Part shown: positions 27,127 to 38,520 of the stretch, in pieces
How the letters are laid out: every line of letters begins with the position of its first letter
How positions within the stretch are numbered: position 1 is the first letter of the stretch
Assembly (NCBI GenBank): GCA_051294905.1
Contig: CM119372.1
Span: 3,660,001-3,724,000, forward strand
DNA from: Botryllus schlosseri
Taxonomy: Eukaryota
Direction: 5' to 3'
DNA: 64,000 nucleotides
Notes under the pieces: model-generated
Seen by the model: only the letters and a program-made list of their open reading frames with translations
The model's database searches: none
What the model was told of the DNA's origin: nothing
Made by a program: the position numbers and the translations under genes

Positions 27127-29397
27127 TGTAGCGACCCCGTTACGGCGTATACCGGCAGCAATAACGGGGATCGCGGGTGTGTTACTGGGCTCGGGACCTC
27201 GTCTCTTTGCAACTGCCGCCTGCTCAAAATGCACTTACAATCACGGCACAATCGACAACACCACAAGTCTATGCAGTTATAAGATTATATTAATACGACA
27301 CAAGAAACTCATGATAAACTCACAATAACGATGCTCACGGACACATATTACGGAACCCAAACGATCTATAACTCCTATACGATACACACTGCACAGCAAA
27401 CTGTAACAAAACTCCACACAAGCCTCACGCACACACACCTATCAGCCTAAACCTAGCCCAGCAGCAGTCTTGCATCTACAAGCGAGTACGAACTACCAGC
27501 GGGGCAACATCACTCCCTAGGTGCTCGCGCAGCACCGTCAGTGACTAGGCCGTGCCCCAGCCAACCATCCGCGCAGAGATTCGACCGGTACATCCAACTC
27601 AAGCCCGAAAATACAAGACCAACTACCTACTACTTCACGCCCTATCTGCCTAAGACCACCACTACTTCACGCTGCTGCCCCAAACTACTAATACTTCACG
27701 CTACCAAATACAGAGACATACTCACTCGCATCCATCTTCAGCCACGCTCTCAGCCAACTCTCCACTCAACACGCGGTCTCCAGCCATACCACGCGCAACA
27801 ATATTCTAACCGGCAAATATAGAACATTCTGGAAACCTCGGGTTTCCACACTACCCCGGCCTATTTTGATTGAGATTTTCTCAAACAAAATCGAAATCAC
27901 TAATATCCCAATTCCAAAACAGTACGCTCAAGTCCACAAACAGCTTCCAATAACATGAGTATGTTTGGCCTCACAGACTGCTCCCCGACATCAAAGTCCG
28001 CCGCACTAGTTCGGACTGCATCCCGCAGCTTGCCATGGCCACCGTCCAAGCTGCCCTAGGTTGAACGCGGATCCACCATCAACTTATGACGGTTCCCGGA
28101 AGGAGACGCCCGATTCTCCGCCGCTGACACACACTGACGAACTTGTCACTTCATCAGTTCCTGAGCCAACCCTGCGCTTCGACACGGCCCACGCCAGGGC
28201 TATCAGCTACGACCCGATACTCCGCTCGTCCAGCAATCCAGCATATACATTTATTGAAACTTCCGCAATCAACATCAATTGTCCAGTTATCCTCAGCCAT
28301 CCGCCCCTATGCTGCACTCCGCCAGCACATAACCCCGAGGCTCAGTCGCATCTTCAAATCACGCACAAGTACTCCAAACGCTGGTTTCAATTCTTCACAG
28401 CCAATCCACTCAGTATAATCGGCCTCCGCTCCACTTCGTACTTCGTAATAGCCAAACCAGTACGAGCAATCGTTCCCATTTGTCACGTCATAAACGAATA
28501 CACTGAACACTCGGCCACAGCAGACACAATAACAAAATTGCTTTTCCAAACGTTCGTTCAAATTGCTTCGTCTCTCACACGATATACCGGCACTCGATAG
28601 TCGACATAATATACACATGCACAGCAGCGGCAATCACAAAGATAAACAAGGTCCTGGCGTGCTCGCCAAAATTTGTAGCGACCCCGTTACGGCGTATACC
28701 GGCAGCAATAACGGGGATCGCGGGTGTGTTACTGGGCTCGGGACCTCGTCTCTTTGCAACTGCCGCCTGCTCAAAATGCACTTACAATCACGGCACAATC
28801 GACAACACCACAAGTCTATGCAGTTATAAGATTATATTAATACGACACAAGAAACTCATGATAAACTCACAATAACGATGCTCACGGACACATATTACGG
28901 AACCCAAACGATCTATAACTCCTATACGATACACACTGCACAGCAAACTGTAACAAAACTCCACACAAGCCTCACGCACACACACCTATCAGCCTAAACC
29001 TAGCCCAGCAGCAGTCTTGCATCTACAAGCGAGTACGAACTACCAGCGGGGCAACATCACTCCCTAGGTGCTCGCGCAGCACCGTCAGTGACTAGGCCGT
29101 GCCCCAGCCAACCATCCGCGCAGAGATTCGACCGGTACATCCAACTCAAGCCCGAAAATACAAGACCAACTACCTACTACTTCACGCCCTATCTGCCTAA
29201 GACCACCACTACTTCACGCTGCTGCCCCAAACTACTAATACTTCACGCTACCAAATACAGAGACATACTCACTCGCATCCATCTTCAGCCACGCTCTCAG
29301 CCAACTCTCCACTCAACACGCGGTCTCCAGCCATACCACGCGCAACAATATTCTAACCGGCAAATATAGAACATTCTGGAAACCTCGGGTTTCCACA
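27127..29397 (-). mobile_element. Non-autonomous LTR retroelement (Gypsy-like, TRIM/LARD-type)
   Basis: Direct repeats 27127-27850 and 28674-29397 (724 bp, TG...CA), 4-bp TSD ACTA, PBS at 28652-28668, purine-rich tract on the minus strand at 27851-27867, 823-bp interior with no gag/pol motifs. Confidence 0.92.
28652..28668 (-). promoter_or_regulatory. Primer-binding site, tRNA-Arg(ACG)-like
   Basis: Minus-strand TGGCGAGCACGCCAGGA 5 nt inside the LTR. The + strand TCCTGGCGTGCTCGCCA closely resembles the tRNA-Arg(ACG) 3' end TCCTGGCTGGCTCGCCA (recalled). Confidence 0.7.
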
Positions 29398-30405
29398 ACT
29401 AATAAAAATGGTCGTCGCTTTCGATCTAATCACGAATTTCCTATTTAGCGTCATTTATGTCCATTTTTACTAGAATCTATCCGTTATCTTAGCTGGAAAA
29501 GCTGGAAAGGAGGACGAATTGTCAAAAAGGAGGACATTTAGGCGTCCTCGGAGGACATTTTCAAAAACCTGAAAAAGGAGGACGTATAACCCTAAGCCAG
29601 GGGTTCTCAGCCCTTTCTTGGCTGTGGCCCATTTTCCGGGTTGAAAATGTGCTGTGGCCCACCTCTAATCTTAAAGTCATAATCCTGTGTCAATGCGTGG
29701 TAATCGACGGCGCCGATATGCCTATTTCTCTTGAATATGCGCATTTTTCTTATTATTTACTGATGAAATTAAAATATGACCATGTCGGGGCATGAAGTCG
29801 CGCGAAGCGCGACGAAAATTTTCAAGTTGAATGAATATCTTCCAACTAACGATCAACTAAATAATCTTGGGCTCCTTCTAGCTAGGTTTGGGTTCGGCAG
29901 TTACGGTTCTGGTAGATCATATGCTAAAACTTTTGAGTATTTTATGATCGTCCGCTGCTCCATTCGCTTCGCGAAACACAATGATCGGATTCCCGCATAC
30001 ACTGTGTGATTGAGATTTTAGTTCCACTATTGAGGGGAATAGTATAATCATTCTGGGCCAGCTTCAAACAATTCATTGGTGAATAGGGTACCACAGAGGA
30101 GTGGAGTTCATATTATGCATGCTGTACAATGTACGTACATTGTATGTCACGTACTGAACCAACTGAAGTTGCGATGTCGGAATATTCCATCCAGTGATAC
30201 TATCAATTCATGCGACTCTTACATTATGTACATTGATTTCCATTGATTTTAAACAGACTCCAAATATTAATGCGCTCCGCTGAATCCTAAATCCGGAACT
30301 AGTGAACTATACACCAACAATACCCGTTCATGGTGATCACTTTACTGACTAAGTATTTTTACACGTCAATCTTTTTCTTTCATAATTCTCTCGAATTGAA
30401 ATTTC

Positions 30406-30620
30406 ATGACTCAGCTGATTTCTAGTTCAGAGGTTTCAGTTTTTTCCGTTTACGCCCATTACGTAAAATACTTCACTTGATACCTATTATAAACGATGCA
30501 CTGCCATTCATTTATATTTCGCAACATAGCTATCTTACCATGACTCAGCATATTTCTAGTTAAGAGGTTTCAGTTTTTTCCGTTTACGCCCATTACGTAA
30601 AATACTTCACTTGATACTTA
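30406..30620. repeat. Direct repeat of ~80 bp, period ~133 bp
   Basis: catgactcagc...gaggtttcagttttttccgtttacgcccattacgtaaaatacttcacttgatac occurs twice. Confidence 0.85.
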
Positions 30621-30781
30621 TCAAAAACTTTGCGCCAAAGGAATTGTTTTGTACGCATTATATCTATCACAATTTTACTTAACGATTTACCAAAATTATA
30701 ACGTCACACTTCATTTCTTCCCTATAACAAACTATGAAAATCCTGTATTTACATCCAAATTTTAAACACCAATTCTTACCT

Positions 30782-31540
30782 TCAGATTCTGTCATTCTCC
30801 GTTGAGTTCCGTATTACTCTTATCGCCATCCATTGACTTGTTCCGTTTCGTCTCCTCGTGTTCCTTAGACGACTTAAGGTTCTACGTCTACGACATTTTA
30901 TATAACCCTTCCATATCACAATCACCAGAGCTATCAACCCTGTTACCACCAACATTACAACCACTGGTTCCATGATGGGTATCAGTTTTGCACCTTCCAT
31001 AATCATCCTATCGAGCCAGGACAATCCTCTTACCTTATATCCACCTTCCTCCGTCACCAGTTCGTGCAGCAATCGAGTATAGTTGTAGTCAACGAAATCT
31101 GTGGTTGTCTTCCCCATGGTGGTTCTTGATAGTCGTGAATACTCAAGAGCGGGTGTTCCCAACCCTTGGTTTTTCTGCCCAGGCAGTGGTGATGCGTCAG
31201 CCATCGTTGACTCCAAGGTAGTATTCATTAGTTCGACACTCCTCGGGGACGAGTCGTCTTTGTCGTCTCCTGTTGAATACAAAACAGTTGTTTCGGTACT
31301 TACCTCACGGTTGTGGTCCGGGTTTTGGTAGTTCGTTCCGATGTCGCTTCCGTCATCATCTCTGGAGTCCTGCAGAGCGTCTGCAGTGGTAACCGGATGC
31401 ACTCGCGTTGTTGTGGACACCTCACCACTGATTTTCGTCGTTCCCTCGGGTCGGTTACGCGCGCTAGTTGGCAATTGTTGCTTCCCACGAGACACATCAG
31501 TTCGTTTAACAGTTTTATACCGCCCCTCTTTTTCAACCAT
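30782..31540 (-). pseudogene. C-terminal part of a type-I membrane protein (Ser/Thr-rich stalk, TM helix, basic tail)
   Basis: 252-codon ORF with PVVVMLVVTGLIALVIVIW then KGYIKCRRRR. Protein-like frame continues upstream through in-frame stops. Confidence 0.5.
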
Positions 31541-32483
31541 CGGTTGCGATTGTCTAACTTACACCAGCGTCGTTTCCATCCGCCATCCTAGTAGGTTTTT
31601 CAGCGTTGTAGTGCATGGATCATAGGCTTTCGCCTCTGGAGTTACCCACATCCGACTGTAGTAAGCGATCGAGTACACTTCTTGGAAAGGGGGTTTGCCT
31701 CTCACATCCGTCTTGTTACTTTCGAGTGCGGTACGCCTTGTCTTGTAGTCTTGCTTTCATTCATCAGGTAGTATCTATTCCTTTTTTAGTCCTTCGCCTG
31801 ACCCTCCCACGTCAGGGTATAAGGGCCAGAAACGAAAGGCTTAGTCGATGCTGGGTCCTTACGTTCGATGTCGCATTGATATTTCATGGATTGGGGGGCG
31901 CTGAGGTGGCCCCGCAGGTCATCAAGTTCGGAAGCAAATGCATCATAAACGGCTGTCAAGACTCCTTCAGGAATAGCGATATTTTCTAGGCTAGTCAAAA
32001 GTTAGGAGGTTTGCATGACATTTTCGCCAGTGCTACCGATTGTGCACAGATACTTTCGAGTTCCGTCTTCACGCTGGGACTGGTGTCTTGTTGTAAGGTT
32101 AGGCTACATAGTAATTGGGCCAGTTATCTCGTGATGAACGGGGTTTTGGTGTTGGTGGAGAGAGGGTGAGGTTCTTCGTTGTCAGTGGGGAATCCCAACC
32201 TATTCAATCTGACCTCTGATCTCGGCGTGTGCCCACGCCTACCGTCACGCCGGCGGATTCGGTCGCCGCCGGGGCCCGTTTCTGGGGAGACGTGCATCTT
32301 AAAATCCCCAGACTCCTTGCCGGACATGACCGGGCGTGTATCCGGTTGACCGGCAATAGCTGCTTTGTTTGAACCTTTTGGGGTAGTACTCATGACTGTG
32401 GCTGTCGTCATGCATCTATGTGCCGAATCATTACAGTTATTCGGACAAGTGCATCCACGAGAGCATTTAGGACCCGTTTTCTC

Positions 32484-35400
32484 AGTAGATGTCTCAGCTT
32501 TCCCGTGGCCACTTACTGGCCACAGATTTTTTTGTGGCCGGCCACGAATTTCTCGTGGCCGGCCATGAAAATGCGTTGTCTCGTGGCCGGCCACAGTGAA
32601 TTTCATGGCCGGCCATGAGAATTCATCGTGGCCGGCCACGAGTTCATGGCCAGTTCGTGATTTTGGCACATCCAGTTGGATCAAAATCCGCCCTTTGCAT
32701 CCAATTTGACAATAGTCAACTAGATCTTCTTCATTTACAATACGAACTTGCTGGTGGCAAGGTTTGTATAGACGACTTCCACTATATTATCGCACGTACA
32801 TAAGTTACATTACCACTTTATTGAGTAGTTTAGGGATGGGTTCAAAATTTGCACGGCTTTACACGTGTTACCTTCTCTGTTCGCTGTAGAAATGAATTTA
32901 ATTCCCACTGACTATTGAAAAAGTACTCTGGGACGGTGCGTTGTAAACTAACACCGAAACATACGTTCCTTGAACTTTCTAGAATCTAGATATATATTTG
33001 ATAGAGTAATGTATGAGCGTACTGCGTACATCTTATTGCTCGGTCAGACAAACGTCTTTACATTAAAACTGGTGTCCACACGGCTTCCACGCCAGGCGAT
33101 CAACGCAATGGGATTGCGTGAAAGATAAAACCGTGGTGCAGACTCGATAGCCTTGCAGTTTCTTCGCATCTCCATCGCCCAAGCCCATTAGCGATGGAAA
33201 CGTAGATAATCTGACTCCCTGCCCCTCCTTCGTTTTTTACATAAAGAAGCCGTCATATTTTGCTACAAAAAGTTTGTTTATTCCGTTACCAATTTCACAA
33301 AATCTGTAGCAATTGAAGATATGATTACAATCATTCACAATTCATATACAAGTAGTTGCATGAATGCAATGTGTCCGGTACATGCTTTTCACAGAAAACA
33401 CCCAGGGGCACGAGAGATCGGATGCACTTTGCACGGCGATAAGTATTTGCACTGCATTCAAATGTCGAATTATACTGAATGATTGGGACTTGTCTGTGTC
33501 ATCAAGATTGTTCGCTGAATCGCACATTGTTCCCTGCATCAACCACAAATATATCATGCCTATTGGTCAATTCGCAGGCTTGACATGGGCATTTTTTCGT
33601 CGATCAATGGCGCCGCATTTGATGTCGCATCGATCGATGCTGCTGCCTTGGATAACGCAAAGTATCTGAAGTTATCTATTATTATAACAGTAATTTAATT
33701 ATATAGCAGGCACATTTACGTCCTAAGCCCACCACATCGGTTAGCAGCTTGATCTAACAACGACATGCGATACAAAACGATCCTTGCACCCAAGTAATCA
33801 AGTATCCTCTGGCATATACGGCATCGTTAGTGACTGCGACATGCATCTCATTCGTATTTGCTTCAGCCTGGAAGAACGGCACCTAGGTGGATATACAATA
33901 TACATTATACATACAAATTATATAGGATCGAAAACGTGACCAAAATCAAATTTCTTGGAACAATAAAGCCCCACATTTTACCAATATTACCGGCAGGTTA
34001 GGCTACATCGTTGTCTTTATTCTACATCCACAGCACATCTGCAGTGTGTCAAGTTCACGTGCTGCTACAGCATAGAAATATTCTTAGATGCATCGACACA
34101 ATTCTCATAGTGCAAATGAGTGCAAGCTCCATTGATGTTGAGGATCTCGAACGTCGTATGTATTGTATAGTAGGGTTGTTCAGATTTGAAAAATTGTCAG
34201 GAAACTTCGATGCTTGTGACCCAAATGAAGGTTTAGTACATAAAAACACTTTAATGAGCTATTTTGGTCATCTTCGTCGTGATCTTCTATCCCCGAAAAC
34301 CCCCCAAAGATCCACGGGGCGATTCTCCTTACTACTGGATATGTAATGTGGACCACGTCACCGGTTTATAGCTTCTGTGACGTTATCAGTTGAAAACGGC
34401 CGTGTAGAGATGATATATTGCAATAAAATAGCCATGATTTCAAAATTGTACTTAAATGCAGTCCCATAAAGACCACATGCATAACGATTTCACTCTGCAC
34501 AACCTGTCTATCATGCTCATGGGAATCATGTATTGGTTGCACCATTGACATCCGCTGGTTTTGGATCTTACATTGAAGAAGCGCCGTTGGGTTGCAATTT
34601 GTGAACAAATATTGATATTCCCAGCTAGTTTTCAGCCATAAGATATTATTCAAAGGTATATAGTGTCAGTAATACTTATCTCAACTTCAAATCATCTGTA
34701 AAATACCGAGCTATCTTATTTTATGGTGGACTGCAATTTAGTTGAAGAAGAATGCCTGAAACAATGCATCAACACAATGTTCAGCGCTTGCCTTATAGAT
34801 ATTCTTGTCATATTCCATACGTTGTCAACCTCTTCAACAGTTAGAAGGACACAGTCCTGCGTTGTGGTAGTTTGGGGGCTATATTCTTTCAGATATGGCG
34901 GATGTAGTAGAACCTCATCTAGAGTCGGTAACTTGGAGTGACTAATACACCCAGATAAATAACCTTCCGAATAGTGACCAGAATATCAGACCAAATAGTG
35001 GGCAGACCTGGATCTTCTTCATTGTTGGTCCGCAAAACCCATATCCGCTTTGTTTCAGACATTCTTCTACAATTAAATTGCAGTCTACCATAAAATGAGA
35101 TAACATGGTATTTTACAGATGATTTGAAGTTGAGAGAAGTATTACTGACATTACATACCTTTGAATAATACCTTATGGTTGGAAACTAGATGGGAATATC
35201 AGTATTTGTTCACGAATTGCAACCCAACGGCGCTTCTTCAATGGACGATCCAAAACAAGCCGATGTCAATGGTGCAACCGATACATGATTCCCGTGAGCA
35301 TTATAGACAGGTTGTGCAAAGTGAAATCGTTATGCATGTGGCCTTTATGGGACTGCATTTAAGTACAATTTTGAAATCATGGCTATTTTATTGCAATATA

Positions 35401-37244
35401 TCATCTATCCACGGCCGTTTTCAACTGATAACGTCACAAAAGCTATAAACCGGTGACATGGTCAGCATTACATATCCAGTAGTAAGGAGAATTGCCCCGT
35501 GGATATTTGAGGGGGTTTCGGGGATAGAAGACCACGACGAAGATGACCAAAATTGTTCATAAAAGTGTTTTTATGTACTAAACCTTCATTTGGGTCACAA
35601 GCATCGAAGTTTCCTGACAATTTTTCAAATATGAACAACCCTATTGTATAGCAGTATGATAATCAAATATGTATATAACCGCATATCGCGGAATTATCAT
35701 AGACCTGATACAGAGAGGAAGGATTGTATCAGCCTGGCATTATCAAATTCACAGCTATTCAGCTATACGAAAGATAACAAACTATGGAATTGTTTGCAAC
35801 TACATGTCCTATACCGTTGGAAAGACATATCAGATCGGGGGAAGCACCGGCCACAGCGAGCAGCGAGCTGCTCTGTGGCCGGCCACAAAATGTTATGTGG
35901 ATTTCACAGCTTTTCTGGAACTTGAAACAGTATTTTCCACATATTCTTGGTTCTTTGATTCCCTAATTGTTTCGTTCGGGTACTTTCATTACGGTATTTA
36001 GTATTGAAACAAGAAAACAGGTAAAATGACCGCATATTGACCGATCCAGTATCTCGATGAAACAGATTATGCATTCAAGGAGGTAATAGTCGAGTCTACT
36101 TAAGCGTAAATCGAAAATCGGCAGTGAATTAAGACAAATTCCCAGTACAGTATTGTATTATTCATAAATTCATCAGGGCAATCCACGAAAGATTTTAAAC
36201 TGCCCCTACAAACATCATTAAACTGAGGCATGATCAAATATATATGTATTACTTATTCGCATCGCAGACTCATCATAAACGATAAACATGGTTGAAAAAT
36301 GAAGGCCATTATCATCATCATATTGTTTAATCGTCGGTTTGCATATTTACAAAATAAAACTAATTATACAATCGATTGCAACTGCAAAATGCACATTGCA
36401 CATCTTACGGTTGAAAATAAATATCAAAACGGGGGAAGCACCGGCCACAGCGAGCTCTGATCTGTTCTGTGGCCGGCCACAGAATGTCATGTGAATCTCA
36501 CAGCTTTTGGGGAACTTATAGAGATTTTCTGACAGATATCTGGTATACATTGTTTTTTCCAATTCTATGCAGTTGCATACGATTAGCTGTGACGAGTGTC
36601 AGCCGAATATTTAGGTATATTTCTATAAAAAAGATATAAATCAACACTTACCAGTTACCAGTTTTGATAATGTCTTCATCACTTCTAGCTTTCTATACCA
36701 TTATTTCCTGTTTCATTTAGAGGATATCCCCCTTTTTAATGCATTCTTTACATCATTTTTTTGTGTTTTTAATTGATATATAGAGACTATTACAGATCGT
36801 TTCATCTTCTACCTATCGTTTCATTGTATCGCTATTCATCTGGTATTTCAGGTGAAAATGCATATAAACTGAGCTAAACTCTCGCTCTCACCTAGTTCTA
36901 TTTACTGTACGCCCATAATAGAACATAATTGATCATGCATTTGACCACGATTGGGCCACATACAGTACTTATCATCGATACTAACTTGATATATTGCAGC
37001 CGGCCCTGAAATTTGGCTATGGCCGGCCATGAAATTTAGTCATGGCCGGCCATGACAATGAGTTTGACATGGCCGGCCATGGAAATTTCGTGGCCGGCCA
37101 TACTTAAATTTCATGGCCGGCCATGAAAATTACCATGGCCGGCCACAGAATAGCACTTTTCATGGCCGGCCACGGAATATCTGTGGCCGGCCACGAAATT
37201 ATCCGTGGCCAGTAAGTGGCCACGGGAATGCTGAAAGTCCGTCT
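32484..37244. mobile_element. 4.76-kb TIR element with a 10-bp TSD (Mutator-like), non-autonomous
   Basis: TSD CCGTTTTCTC at 32474-32483 and 37245-37254. TIR core tcagctttcccgtggccacttactggccac / gtggccagtaagtggccacgggaatgctga. RTGGCCGGCCAY arrays at both ends. Confidence 0.8.
34165..35649. repeat. Diverged inverted repeat, ~600-bp arms and ~285-bp spacer
   Basis: Arms ~34165-34764 and 35050-35649. Mirror ORFs 34366-34653(-) and 35161-35448(+) differ at about 11 of 95 residues. Confidence 0.9.
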
Positions 37245-38520
37245 CCGTTTTCTCGTGCAGGTCCTTATTTACGCCAGCGGGCATTCCACGCTCGACGTCT
37301 TCTGTTGCTGTCGCATGCAAGCTTTGGGCCGAATTGTTACAGTTATTCGGACAAGTGCATCCACGAAAGCTTTTAGGACCAATTTTCTCGTGTTGGCCTT
37401 TTTTTGCGCCAGCGGGCATTCCACGCTCGACGTCTTCTGAATGGTGCCGTCAGGGATTCCTGACTCGACACATCTTTGGTTAGTGACAGCAGTGCTAACT
37501 GACCCGACACTTTCTCGACTAGTGCCAGCAGGGGCTACCTGACCAAACACTAGGGATTTCCCATATTTTTTGACCTTTTGGGAAAGAAGGTAAGACAGTT
37601 GCCGTCGTAAGATCGGCGTATTTATGATTGGTGCCAGCAGGGATTCCTGACTCGACACATTTCGCGCCAGTGGTGATTACCATCTCGACACTTGCGCCAG
37701 CGGCAACGGCCTGCGGCCACACAAACAACGTGCCGGCTCGACGCTTATTTGATTTGCAGCTTCCATCAACCCATCATCGGTTACAGTGTCGCGAAGACTG
37801 CTTCCGACTTTGGTTCCGTCCCGCTGATCACACGAGATCCCGTCATGAAGCGTTACTAAAGACAACTCTTCGTTTGCATTAGGCGGAGATTCAAATTCAG
37901 TCGCTATGTTTGGTAATTGTTGTACCTGATCAATCCATTTTAGAACTACAATATCGAGAGGTCTCCTTTCTCGATCGTAAATGGAGCCGATAGTCCGTCG
38001 AAATTGATTATTACTAAGGAGTCAACGTGGGAGGTTCACCCATATCACGTAGTTTTATGTCTATAGGTTGTCGCTCCTCCCAGCTTGGCGGGTATTTGGT
38101 TTCGACAACGTTTTTCAATCTGAGGACGCTTCCCGTGTCGGCGCAGAATTTCGTACCTGTTGTTGTATCAACTAAATACAAAAGCCGACGACCAAATAAT
38201 TCCGTAAAATCAGCACCCCAGTTGTGACCCTTCGACGATCTTTTCTTTTCATAGATTGGCGTTCGCAGATAGTAAGGAGGTAATCAATGTGTTCGTCTTC
38301 AGACTCTCCCCCGTCCACTGAAATTGCCAAGAAATGACGCTGAGCCCCGGAAGACCAGTTGGTGCCTCCATTTGATTATAGTGTAGCTTCATGGCGCTTG
38401 CCATGCAAGTATTCCACACTTGGTTCGATTTACTTCACAGAGCTCAACCCCATCTCCTGGCTTTTCCACATTTTTCCACACCCCTTATACAACCCGGTTT
38501 TGTCGACGTTGATTGAAGCA
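37245..38520 (-). pseudogene. Upstream part of the decayed minus-strand cassette, with tandem peptide repeats
   Basis: Repeats CVESGIP(A/D)GT, DVERGMPAG and GPKxxRGCTCPNNCNxSA. Joins in frame to 32483 once the insertion is removed. Confidence 0.5.

Larger units (their letters stand above)
26962..29594. mobile_element. Blackjack-like hAT MITE interrupted by the LTR element
   Basis: Starts taggtttaccatatttt, ends ...aggaggacgtataacccta. Matches the 12119 family on both sides of the LTR insertion. Confidence 0.6.

Noticed and set aside
27541..29369. Duplicated 93-aa ORF and 179-aa ORF as genes
   Set aside because: They lie in the LTRs or interior, reflect C/A strand bias, and show no gag, pol or env motifs.
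37015..37200. CRISPR-like array of TGGCCGGCCA repeats with unique spacers (also 32530-32650)
   Set aside because: Repeats are 12 bp and spacers 9-16 bp, no cas genes, eukaryotic context, and the arrays are inverted at the two ends of a TSD-flanked transposon.
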